NCBI GenBank assembly: GCA_964270895.1 | Contig: OZ185436.1 | Direction: 5' to 3' (one strand) | Source of the DNA: Podarcis filfolensis | Taxonomy: Eukaryota | DNA: 64,000 nucleotides | Shown: positions 38,318 through 50,062 of the stretch, one piece after another | How positions within the stretch are numbered: the first letter of the stretch is position 1 | Layout: every line of letters begins with the position of its first letter | Translations under genes and position numbers: made by a program | The notes under the pieces: generated by a model | The model's input: the letters and a program-made list of their open reading frames with translations, nothing else | Databases searched by the model: none | Told to the model about the DNA's origin: nothing

Positions 38318-38548
38318 GTCCTGTCCTGACCAGTGCAATCATGCAGGGCTTTGGAAGTGGTGGATCATCCACTACTTCATCACCCCCCCCAGCTTTGCCC
38401 ATCAGTTTGCCATAATTTCTTCTGTAACATCACTACACTTGCTATGAGGAGTTGGCTTTGTTTTTCTCTAAACAATTCTACCAGTATTTGCCTCATTTTG
38501 AATCCCTAGCTCTATATTCTTTAGCCCTTTTAAAAAACCAACCCTGTA

Positions 38549-38790
38549 CAGTGGAACCTCGGCTGACGAACTTAATCCATTCTGGAAGACCATTTGACTT
38601 CCAAAACATTCAACAACCTAGGTGCAATTGCTGGTCAGCAAATTCCATTGAGAAAAATGGAGAAAAACGCCTCGGAAGCCGTTCGACTTCCGAAGCGCAT
38701 TCAAAAACGGAAGTATTCACTTCTGGGTTGTCAGCATTCGATAGCCGAAATGTTCGACTTCTGAAGTGTTCAACAACTGAGGTTCCACTG
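38549..38790. mobile_element. Tc1/mariner MITE
   Basis: TA-CAGTGGAACCTCGG...CTGAGGTTCCACTG-TA. Confidence 0.9.
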
Positions 38791-40040
38791 TAGTAGGCTT
38801 TGTGAATCATATCAATTCTCTGAATTCAAATTTGTATAGAATGTCCCTTTTATATTGCCCAAATATTATTTTACATGCTCTTTTCTGCTACTAACTTCAT
38901 GTTTCTCTTCAATTTTTGTTTCTATTAATATCATTAGTTGTTTCAGTACTTCACCTTTTTTAAAATAGATGTTGCACTCTATTGTATACTCTGTTGGTAT
39001 CTTTTTCTGAGGTAAACAACACACTTGAGATGCCTTTCTTTGTTTGCAACATAAAAATATCTGTCTCTGGTGCAACTCATTGTGTACCATTCTTTTTCTG
39101 ACTTTTGTCCAGCCTTACACTCCTGCGCTGGATCAGTATTCTTGACCTTAGCAATCTGTCTCTCCTTCTCCTTTTGGTCAGTTTCCATTTTAGACTTTCC
39201 AGTCATTAAAAAGATTCCTGCGTCGCCGTTATGTGTCATGTTCAATTTCTCCTGTTCTTTCTCTGCTTGGATATGGCTTGCAATTGTGCTTCCATTGTTG
39301 CATCCTTTAAATCTTAACTGTCCCTGACAAATGCTCATACTGTTGACTTTTAAAAATGTACTTAGTTGTCAGTTCAGGGAGGCCATAGCATGATAGCCAT
39401 TTTGATGGATGTGCCCTCCTCCCTTCCTTCAGAGGGAAATAAAAGAAGTTATCAGTCTAAAGTATGATACATAGGAGGGTGACGTCTCATAGTGAACAGC
39501 ATTAGATTGTGGAGTTCTTTTCCCCCCTTATTAACTAAGTGCCCCTTGCCTTTGGGGAATCAACTTTGCTGGATGATACCTTTCCAGCTGTACTAAGAAA
39601 GCACCTTGCCCTGTTAGATGTCCCTGCTGGAAGATCTAATCAAGATTTTCTTTTGCATTTTCACTCTTTATAACTTCCTGAATGTAAAAGCAAACAACTT
39701 CTTGTTAAAATCCTATGCAGCTGGTACTCTGCATGGCAGTGACTGACATGAGGTCCATTGTCCTTTGCTGCTAATCTGTTTACACGTTTGCCTGCATCCC
39801 TCGTTGCTCATTATACTTACCACACAGCTCCTTTAATAGCTACAGAATACTCTTTTATTTGTGTCTGAAAGTCACATTTCTCACCAGTCGAGGAGTCTGC
39901 CTTTGTGCCAGCTTTTCCTCCCCCCCCCTTCCCTGGGCTTGGAGATTTGGATGAAGGTTGAGGCAGGAGGGATGGGGGAAGGGTGGCAAATGGTAGCATC
40001 TTCTGTAGTTTATGTATTTACCATATTTCTTCTCTTGCAG

Positions 40041-40131
40041 CAGGAGTCCAAGGAGGAACATGGTCTGCAGAAGAAAAGAACAAAGCAGCAGCTGGATAGA
40101 CTGAAGTTTGCTGCAAAAAGGAAAATAGCAC
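40041..40131 (+). CDS. UIMC1: UIMC1 coding exon ([Q]ESKEEHGLQKKRTKQQLDRLKFAAKRKIA)
   Basis: Acceptor cttctcttgcag|CAG|GAG (tandem), donor GCAC|GTAGGT, phase 0 to 1. Resembles human EPKEENGLQK...AKRKIAQ. Confidence 0.92.
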
Positions 40132-43100
40132 GTAGGTCTCATCTGCGCAGGGGAATGTGGGAGCTGGAGAATGAGCAGTACACTGTTTTTTTTGTATGGA
40201 GTTTCTAACATATGCCTTTGCACGACACATATGCCAGGGCCTACCAACTCAAAAGTAGCCGCTTTGTATGAGGTCTGACATTGTATGCGGATAAACAATG
40301 TCACCACAGATACATATAGATATGATACAGCTAAGTGTCATTGTGCATATCTATTGGCATAAAGGAGAAGAGCCTTGTAAGGTTGCCAAGGTTGTCAGTG
40401 TTTATGCAAAGTACAACATTATTATCCATTTCCTCTATGAAGACAATGGAACAAGGGCTATGTTATATGGCAGCTGTGAGATGAGAAACAGAATAAGAAG
40501 ACCTTGAATCTAAGCTCTATCCAGAGACAACTGTAGTTGGTGTGTAGAGTTACAGTGAGCGTCTCACGGACAGAATATTGTTGCTTGTAGCTTGATTGGT
40601 TATTAGGGTAAGAGTACATGCAGTTTATTCAGTAATTAGCCTTCTGGGTGACTCTGTAACTTACTTTATTGGTGAAATGAAATTCTTTGCTGTGATTCCA
40701 GGATCTTGTTCTTCTAGAAACATGCTGTTTCACAGAGGTAGTCTTGGTTAGATCTCCTCAGCTGAGCCCATTGCTGTAAGTTTGCAGCAGCGGTTTATAA
40801 GTATTCTCCAACTCACAAGATTTATTGTGAGCGGTGCTGGTTTTACAAGGAGCATCTGATTTGCAAATATAATGGAATACATTTCTGAATGGACCCCAAG
40901 CAGTGGTTGTAACCTGATAAACTCCAAATGGAGGCGATGGGAAGTAGGTTGCAAATAGCCCTCTTTGCAAATCCCTTTGTAGGAAGAAAGAAGTGCATAT
41001 TCAGTACTCCAAACAAGCTAAAGGCCCACAGATGTGAGCAAGAAGGCATGAAATCCTCTGTGTGTACAGAATACCTAGGAGAGAGATTAACATGAAGCCA
41101 TCCATGTTTCGTGTTGAAACTGTAATGTGTAGAATCCATTTGCCGCTGGCAGCACAAGACTAGATCCTCCATCCAGCATCCAGCAGAATGTGGTCTTAGA
41201 ACTGCGTTTGATAATTGGCATGAGCAAAGGTAGTGAGTCTCCTCATCAGTTCGCTCCTTTGGATGCAGGTCTCATACTTACTACATTAGAGCAGTCAATT
41301 AGCAATAATTAATTAGGCACATCCACTTACATGTCTGCTCTTTTATTTATTAGAACTATAATTAGCCTTTTAGTGTTTATTTTTAGGCAAATTAAGGTTC
41401 ATTTCTTTGAAATATAAACCACTGTCAGTGTTTTAAAGGGTTGCTTGGGTTTTATGACAAATTGGCCTCTTGGAGATGAGGCTGCCTAGGGAGGGTTGGA
41501 TTGTTTGGCCCCTCCTATCTAGGACAATTGAGACTTATTCAAGCAATTAATAACTGTGTATAGTGGTAGTGATGTTTTTATTCAAGAAAAGGCTGTTTTC
41601 CTCCCAATGCAAACAGCAATCTCCGGGGGCAGGGGCTGGAACTGGGGTATGGGCAAAGGGTTAAAGTCCCCCTCCCTGCAGTTGGCATTTCCCCATGGCC
41701 ACTATTTACTTAAAACAAACATTCACCCAACTACTAATCCGTGAATAATGTCACGTCTGGTTTCATCCTATGTGGAGAAATAAGGCCCGCATGTGCTGCC
41801 AATTTCCAAAGCTGGAACATTTCTCATATTGTTAGTGTTTAAGGCACATTGTTCCTTTCTGACTTTGTAATTTTTAATCATTTTTAACGTTGAGCTATAA
41901 TTCAAATACACCCGTGACGTTATATTCTCAACAAGCTAAGATTAAAACATACAAACCTACATAAATCCTTTTCTTTGGAATGTTTCTGATGTGTGTCTTC
42001 TAGAACAGTAAATCTCTTTTCACTGTACAGTAATTTCACTATGATTGTGAGTGTAATACAGCCAACATGGGGCGGGGGGCGGGGATCTGTTAGCAAGAGA
42101 ACTCAGAACTGGTGGCGCTTTGCATCTAATTTGTTTTCAAACGTCCAACTGAAACATGAATTGCGTAGTAAATTGGCATATTAGCATGTAAAAAGGCTCA
42201 GAACTAGTTTAATTTGTTTAAGGCTGTAATGTCTTTAAAAACAGTGTACACCCCCTCCTCATGTTTTCTTGGCGGGATTGATCATATGACACCGACATTT
42301 CTACCTATCACTAGAACTAGGAGTGTAGTGGGAGCCTAGCTTTGGTACAATGAAACTATGCTGAGTTTAGCACACAAACAAAAAAAACCCTCAAGTTTTA
42401 TAATGGAGTTATTCAGAATTCGTGGGCACATATGTGCAAGCACATAATTTGTGTCCGAAAGGGCATGCAAATGGTTTTCTGTCTGCTAGACGTTGGTTGT
42501 ATAGACTACCTGCCAAACCATTCAGACAGTGCTTGCTTCTGAGAGCTCAGCTTCTATTTTTGTGTCTTGGAGCTCTTAAATAGTCTGTTTGCCCACACCA
42601 GTAGGAGGCTAACGCAATACTTAGAATTTCTAATCATCATAAATTATGACCAATGTAATCAACATCAAGTGCACACAAATTGTGAGCGTTTGCAGACAGC
42701 GTTTAGAAATGATCAGATGTTAAGCAGAATAATACATGATAGCCAGAGATACGCAGCATGGCTTTGACAGAACAGATGCCCTGCTTCTCTCAGGGAGATG
42801 GCTTGCTCCTTTCACTGTTGTGCAAGTTGGATGTATTTCATGATGGGTGGGGGGCAAAGATTTATCCTTTTCAATGCACCCGTGAATTTGGAAAGTGGAA
42901 TAAATGTTGTTTATTTTCTCTCTCTGATATGCCAGAAGGATTCTTGTCTAGAGTTTTTCCGTGTTCCATTTTACTATGCCCTTTTTTTCACTCCCTGGCA
43001 GCGTCTTACACCATATTGCTTCATAGATGGAATTTCATTTGCATTGTGTTTTATAGTTGTCGACAGTCTGGTTATGCAGTCATGGTTGTTGTTTTTTTAA

Positions 43101-44214
43101 GTGAGAGATTGAGAACAGGTAACTGATGATTGTGATCCTATGTCCATTAATTTCTGCTTAGGTCCTTTGTAATCAGATAATGCAGTTTTGCTGCCAGTAT
43201 CTTAATTATATGAATTCCAGTTATTATAAAATATTCTGCTGGTTCTTGAGGATGTCCAGGCCCCTGTACTGTATATGTACAAGAATACACATTTCAGTGG
43301 TAAAGCTATAATATGGCTGCTCAAAGCACTGTTGCTTTTAAGAAGGGGGGGGGATAACTCAGCAGCTTATTTCTGCATACAGCTGTTAAAGGCACAAGAA
43401 CCCTGTTTCCTTAACTTAAACCAAAGCCTACGCTGTCATCCTGTAGACACGTACCTGGGAATAAGCCCCATTAATCCCAAAGAGACTTACTTTTCAGTAT
43501 ACATGTATAGCATTGTACTGAAAGTTAACATAATGAGTGCCTGGCTTTAGGCCCTGCACAGCAGGAGACATACCTAAGCATATTTGAAAAATTTACACGT
43601 TTTGCATTTGCTATTCAGGAAAGGGATTCTTTAACAACCAGTTGCACTTACTGTGTAGTAGTATTTGCAGACCATCACCTCTAAGGAATACCTGATGTCA
43701 TATGAACCCACCACAGGTGCATCCTGGTTACCAGGAAAAAAGGAAGGGCCAACTCTGGAAATCTCAAGGACTACTATAGAATAAGATAGAAGCAGGAAAG
43801 TGCACTAAAGAACCTCAGGGATTCCTGCTGCCTGGTGTCCAAACAACTCGCATATCAATCGCAGCTCTGACATCACTCATTGGCTAAACCCACAGACAGC
43901 TGGGAGCAGCCAGGCTGGCTCACTTCACAGAAATTGCTTAGAAGGATACCTGCATATTTTGCTTCCTAGATTTCTTTCTAGGAGGGCTAGAGTTTTTCTT
44001 AAGAAAATAATAATAAATAAACTTAGGCTATTGTGCCCTGATACTATACCCATGGGTGGGGCATTGCCCCCACCCGCCTGTCTTAAACTCAGCTCCAGGA
44101 AAGCTAATGCCCATTAAGCAGGGCAAAATGAAACTTCATTGTGTCACATAGTTGCTTATTCATAGTTGTGACCATATCCAAGGGGTGTTGCAAAGTCCAT
44201 GTTTCAGTTTAGAC

Positions 44215-44592
44215 CACGGGTGTCAAACACAAGGCCCGCGGGCCAAATCCGGCCCGCCAGACCTCGTCATGTGGCCCGTGTAGCCGCCGCCGGCCGCCAG
44301 CCTTCACCTTTTATTCTCGCTTTTTTTTTTTGACACAAGAAAGCCGCCTCTTCAGCGCATGCGCGGCAGCCTGCAAGCCAGAGAACGTCTGCCCTCTAGC
44401 GGCGCCAGCCGTTCTACACAGGAAACCTCCACTTGTTTTTATATTGAGCGCATGCCATCCTGTGATGTGACAGATCCAACGGCTGCCTGAACCCTTCTCT
44501 CCTGTACTGTAAGTCCTACAGATATAACCGGCCCTTTGAGGGTGACCAAACTGCTGATGCGGCCCCCGATGAATTTGAGTTTGACACCCCTG
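44215..44592. mobile_element. Young CpG-rich hAT (Charlie-like) non-autonomous element
   Basis: TIR CACGGGTGTCAAAC / GTTTGACACCCCTG. Perfect 8-bp TSD GTTTAGAC at 44207-44214 and 44593-44600. Confidence 0.93.
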
Positions 44593-45852
44593 GTTTAGAC
44601 CTGCTGCTTTTCTCTTGGGAAGAGGGAGTGATGAGGTTCAGTAATCTACAAATGAGCTTTCCTCTGGAGGCATTTCTCATGTGTTGAGAAGATGCTCCTG
44701 AGGAGGCTGTGATGGCGTCCTAATTGCTTTGGTGTCCAAACACTTTACAGTAAAGGAATCTGAGGTATTCACCGTGTCTGGAAGGTGATCTGTTTCTTCA
44801 AAGCTCTTCTCTTTAGTTTCTTCTATGGTGTTTTGTGCTCAGGTGCACTTGTTGGGTTAAGAGTTGTTATGTGTGAGAGAGGATTTCTCAGAAAGTGCTG
44901 CTCAGAATCAACCTACAATGGTTTGACTGAAGAGTTTCAATGTGCTCTTCAAATTCTCAGAAAGCAGGGGAGTTGCTGGAGTTTCTTTTTCATTCTGGTT
45001 TTCAGGCTTGGATATTTTTAGCTAAGTGAAAGTGATGGGTCAGAAATCTAAAAAAACACACACCCTGGTGTTTTCCAGAACAGCTTTGTTTTTTTGTTTT
45101 CGCAACGCTTGTGATTTTTAGTATGTCCCAGAAAATCATTTAGGGAATAACTTTGTATAGGTAGGGAGAGAGTGGTCTCATCCCGGGTAGGAAAGCGTGC
45201 AGATCTGAAGATCATTCTCTGCCTTTTCCAGGTTGTTCTTCTAATTTTATTTTTTTTATTTTTTGCACCAGTCCAGGCGAATGTGGCTCATGACCTTTGC
45301 CCGTTTACATTTCAGGAGGCTTGGCAGTATACACCACAGAGCACTATGACTTTTAAAGTTAATAATAATGTTGAGTGGAAAGGAACTAACTTCATTGTGC
45401 TCTACCAGCAGACTGTGCCTTTTAGAAAAAGTCTGTTCATGCACAGTTCAGTGTTCAAAGTCTACCGCTTTTCCTTTGTGCCCTTTGATGATAGTATTGC
45501 ATGTGGAAGTACAAAACAGGGTCGCTGCCAGATGATTATGTGATAAAATATTTCATTGTGATGAATTCACCAAAGAGTCAAAGCTGAGATCACTATGGGA
45601 ACCTTAACTAAATGCCCTGACTTGGTTCAGTGATTTGATATTGCACAAAATGCATTACTCTGCATTTAGCACTGTCTGTTCCAGTTTTGAAGGCACACGG
45701 CAAGGTAAGCTGAGATGTAACAGCTTTGATCCAATTTAGTTGGCCTTTTTTCCCTGTGAAGGTGAAAGTCCCCAGGCACCTTCTTCAGGGCATAAGGAAT
45801 GAGAGCCTGCTGCATTGTATTGTGTTACGCTTTTCTTTTTCACTTTTTTCAG

Positions 45853-45977
45853 AGATGACGGAAGATGAACAGTTTGCCCTGGCTCTGAAAATGAGCGAGC
45901 AAGAAGCCAGGCAGTTGAACTCGCAAGAGGAGGAAGAGGAAGAGCTTCTGAGAAAGGCCATTGCTGAGAGCCTTGGT
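45853..45977 (+). CDS. UIMC1: UIMC1 tandem-UIM exon ([42 protein letters not shown])
   Basis: Acceptor cttttttcag|AG, donor GGT|GTAAGT, 125 nt. Two ubiquitin-interacting motifs with the SQ site in the linker. Confidence 0.97.
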
Positions 45978-46352
45978 GTAAGTGAAGCAGAAATACTTGG
46001 GCTACAGAATTGCCCGTTCACATTTTTCCCTGCCCTGTACTCCCCCTCTGCAGTTCAAATGAGGTGTTTGTTATGGGACAGGCTTCCATCTGGAATTCTA
46101 GCCAGTCTTCTGTAAGGCATAAATGCATCTGACAAGGTGAGCTCACAATACATTTGTTAATCTTCACCATGTTAACAGCCCCAAATACGGCTAATGAATG
46201 ATTTCACCTTTAGCTATCATTTTGTAGATTAACATGGAAGTGTCCATTTATATATTTTACTCTGTGGAGCAGCAGTCAGTTTGATTTAATAATTAGGAAT
46301 GTACATTTTCGAAGGCAAATCACTTGTGTGCATTTTTCACCCTCCTTTCTAG

Positions 46353-47486
46353 AGCTGCCAGCATTCTGAGTCTTCTGCTGCAGCTGCTGTGCCCCATCCT
46401 TCCAAGGCACTAGTGTCTTCAGCACCAAGCTACCCAGCTGGGCAAGAGGATCCTGAGCTCCTTGCAGCTCTACTGCCTTGCCCTGAGTCTCCTTGCTCCG
46501 AGTACAGCTCCCTCTCACACAGTGACAAAACTGATAAGAATGGACAGACAGATGTCGCCAAGAGGCCCCTAGTAGTACTGACGAGGTTAAGCCAGGCAAC
46601 AGTTGAGAGCTCACTAGTCTCTAGCATAATTGTATCTCCAGGGAAGAGCCAACCTTCTGCAAGGTCAAATGAAAACCCTTCCCCGTCAGCAAGGAGCAGT
46701 TCCAGCGATACACCACCCAGTCTAGAAGAAGGGACATCAGTTGCCTTAAGTCCCACCTTTCCCCAAAGGCCTCGGGGCACTTTGTCACTGGCACCTCAGA
46801 GACTTTTTGCAGGAAGGTTTAGCCCTCCAAAGCCAAGAGGCAAGGAAACTGAAAAGCATTCCCAAAATTACATGGAAGGAGATTCCCTTCCTGGCTGCTC
46901 AGAAGCTCTGGAGAAAGTGGCCCTGGAGCACAGAATGTTGGACTACTCCAGCAGACCAGGGTCTGAGCTTGGACATCAGTTGGAGCCCATCAAGAAGGCA
47001 TGTTTTTCTCCTGGGCTGGTGGAAAGGACTGAATTGCCCAGAAACGCTCCTCCACTGTGCGCACTTCATAGGGGTGACGAGGAGTGCCAAGAAGGCGAAG
47101 AGAGAGACATGGTGCACTATTACTGGGGTGTTCCCTTCTGCCCTAAAGGCGTGGATCCCAACAAATATACCCAAGTCATCCTGTGTCAGCTTGAGGTTTA
47201 CCAGAAAAGCCTGAAACAGGCTCAGCGACAGCTTCTACACAAGAAACCATTTGGGGAGCCCATTGTCCCCAATTTGTGTCCCTTGAGGCGAAGTGACCGT
47301 GGCAAAGCAGCAAAGGAAGCATCTAAGAGAGATGAAGGTACAGATGAGCAGGAAGGAGAAGAAATGGATGAGAAAAAGGAGCCTGAGAGCATAGCCTGGC
47401 TTCTGTCCCCAATAAATGGAGAGCAGAACATGGCAGGGGGAAGAAACCCTGAGTGTGACGATGAGCCAGCAAGCAGCTCATTTCAG
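46353..47486 (+). CDS. UIMC1: UIMC1 large exon (378 aa) including the Abraxas/BRE-interacting region (YYWGVPFCPKGVDPNKYTQVILCQLEVYQKSLKQAQRQLL)
   Basis: Acceptor cctttctag|AGC, donor CAG|GTAAAT, 1134 nt open frame, phase 0-0 (ORF 46389..47528). Contains the conserved AIR motif. Confidence 0.93.
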
Positions 47487-49596
47487 GTAAATTTGCTGCG
47501 CTTTCTTTGTCGGTCTGGTGAATTCTGAATGAAGGAGGGGGAGTGGCTAGTTATCTTTGCTTGGTGTTGTGATCTATACAACAGACTAGACCCCAAAGAA
47601 TGTTGGTGCGTATTTAGGGGTACATTGGTTCACTACGACTTACCACACTTCTAAGGTCAAAGAGATTTGGTGAACTTTGCAGCTTTTTAAAAGAATAGTG
47701 GACAACTCAGAAATTTATAGGATCTAGCATTATAGTGAATTGAATCTCTAGTAGGTGGCTGCTCAAGCAAGGGTGGAGAAACTTTTCAGCCCCGAGCTAA
47801 CCTTGTGGCTTAACCTTCTGGGGGCCACATGCCAGGTGTGTGCAGGGCCAAAGCAAAAAGTGGGTATACACACACTCCTTTACATGAACACAAACACTTC
47901 CAGGCGCTCTCCCTAGCTTCAGTCTCCAGGAACTTGCCCTCTCCTCCCAGAGTGGCAATCAGACTTGAAAAAAAGCATTGGAGCTAATGGAAGTCATTTT
48001 TTCAAGCCTAATTGTCACTTGGGGAATATTGGGGGCATGGGGCATGTGAAAGTCAGATGAGGAGGACTCATGGGCTGCGTCTGAGCCAGTGGGCTTGAGG
48101 TTCCCCATCACTGAGATAGCTTGTTTCTGCCAAGAGATTAAATAATACACTTGAAACCCAGTTTGTGCTCTCTGATTTCTAAATTGTGACAAATGTGACT
48201 TTCCTTTGCAAGATCAATCTTAGAAAGCATATACCAATGTATCTAACAGCCAAAATTTTCAGCTCTTGATGGTTATGCTAATAGCTATGAAGGCAACCGT
48301 ATGACTGAAAATTGTGGCTTATACACAAAGAGTTCTAGTATAGCAAGTCATCTCCTATTGCTGGCATGAGCATTGCTGTATTTTTTTTTAAAAATTGTTT
48401 GTTTTGCTTGGCCTGTTCTCTGCCTTACTAGGTAAATCCATATGCTACCAGAGATAGTAAAATGCCATGTGACCTAGTTCTAAAATACATTTTCAGCAGG
48501 AAAACATTTGCTATTTTGCACTGAGTTTTTTACATTATTTTGCTCTTTGGGAGATGTACCATTCATAAGACTATGCAGTCTCTTAGGATTTCTCTGTGTT
48601 TCTTAGCCAGTTGCACAACTTAGGTTTTAAGGGCGCCTAAGCAGCAGTGATTGATTTTAATGGGCAAGCTTTACTATGTGTTTATCATGTCACTGAACAG
48701 AGGATGAGATGTGACAGGGAGAATGTTATAATCCTTCCTCATTGGTGTGGCATGCGCAGCCAAGCCAAACATTAACCTGTTCCTCTTGCTTTAATTGTTG
48801 TCTCTGTGTGCCATTTTTTCAAGCTGCCGGACAGCCACTAGGTGTCAGTGTTTGTTTCATTTCAAGAGCTGGAAGCAGCTTTCGGTCATTGCTGCTGTTT
48901 AAACAGATTGCTAGTCAGATGAAGTATTTATTGCTGCTGTATTTTAGGTTTGTGTCAGCCTTTTCCAACCCTCATTTTTCATAATGACTTCGCTGCTAGA
49001 TCATTGTATAACTTTATCTTCGCTCTGACTGAAGCTCAACCTTGTTGTTACTATTTTCAAGTGTATTTGATTGTTTACCCTAGTGATGGAAAGATACTTA
49101 ACTTGTTTTGTGATATTTATATTCTGTCTTGTAATATTGAACGCGCTGAGGAAAAACTGTCATGTCTGCATTTTCTTTCAGAAGCAAAAGTGCAGTGCAG
49201 CCTTGCTTCTGGTTTCACAGTTTTGGATCCAGAGAGGCTATATTTAAACACACCTTAAAGGTGACCTGCGAAGGAGAAAATGTTGGACTTGTGCCCTATT
49301 TTTGCTCGTTTATGATAGATGGAGATGACCGAGATGACCGAGTGTTTTTGTGTCAAAGCTGTTTTTATCTCTCTGCCTCAGTTGTTGGAAATCCAGGCCT
49401 TATTTAGCCTGGATTTTTGTATGTGTGTGGCATGTGAAGTTCTGATGAAAATCTAGGAAAACCCCAAAGGCCTGATAGCACTGGTAGCCAAGAAAGGGAA
49501 TTAATAATATAGGAAGCTGTCAAATGGGAGACTGTGATGAGCTGATACATCTTAGCACAGAAGTTAGATATACCCCAGCTTCTTCAAAGCCATTCT

Positions 49597-49894
49597 TAGG
49601 AACACAGGGAGACTCTTTATACAGAGTCAGACCATTGGTCCGTCTAGCTCAGCATTGTCTAAATCAGATGTGGGGAACCTTTGACCCTCTAGGGGTTGCT
49701 GAACTACAACTCCCAACCTTGTGCTTGCGACAGCTGGTGGGAATTGTAGTTCAACTACATCTGGAGGACCAACGTTCCTCATTGCTGCTCTACACTGTGA
49801 AGTAGCAACTCCCCAGAGTTTCTGATAAGGGTCTTTCTGAGCGCTGTCTGGAGATGCCAAGAACTGAACCAAGGGCCTTCTGTACACAAAGCAG
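49597..49894 (-). mobile_element. tRNA-derived SINE (Squam2-like, name from memory) containing a hAT MITE
   Basis: Reverse complement matches the SINE body seen at 52661 (gagtcagaccattggtcc.tctagctcag..ttgtcta). The 5' A-box end is eroded. Confidence 0.78.
49665..49787. mobile_element. Palindromic hAT MITE inside the SINE
   Basis: CAGATGTGGGGAACCTTTGACCC...GGAGGACCAACGTTCCTCATTGCTG. Degenerate TSD gtctaaat / ctctacac. Confidence 0.75.
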
Positions 49895-49896
49895 CT

Positions 49897-50062
49897 GGGG
49901 AAGAGTCACCACCCAGTGGTAGAGCATCTGCTCTGCTTTCAAAAAATCCCAGGTTCAGCCCCCAGCATCTCCAAGTAGAGCTGGGAGAGAACACTGTCTG
50001 AAATCTTGGAAATCTGTTGCCAGTCAGTGTGGACGATGCTGAGCTACATGGACCACGGAGCC
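49897..50062 (+). mobile_element. tRNA-derived SINE (Squam2-like)
   Basis: cagtggtagagcatctgc (A box), ccaggttcagccccc (B box), then the body gccagtcagtgtggac..gctgagctacatggacc. Confidence 0.8.

Noticed and set aside
45172-45543. 123-aa ORF with a signal-peptide-like hydrophobic stretch
   Set aside because: It has a GTG start, the hydrophobic run comes from an intronic poly-T tract, and it has no homology or splice support.
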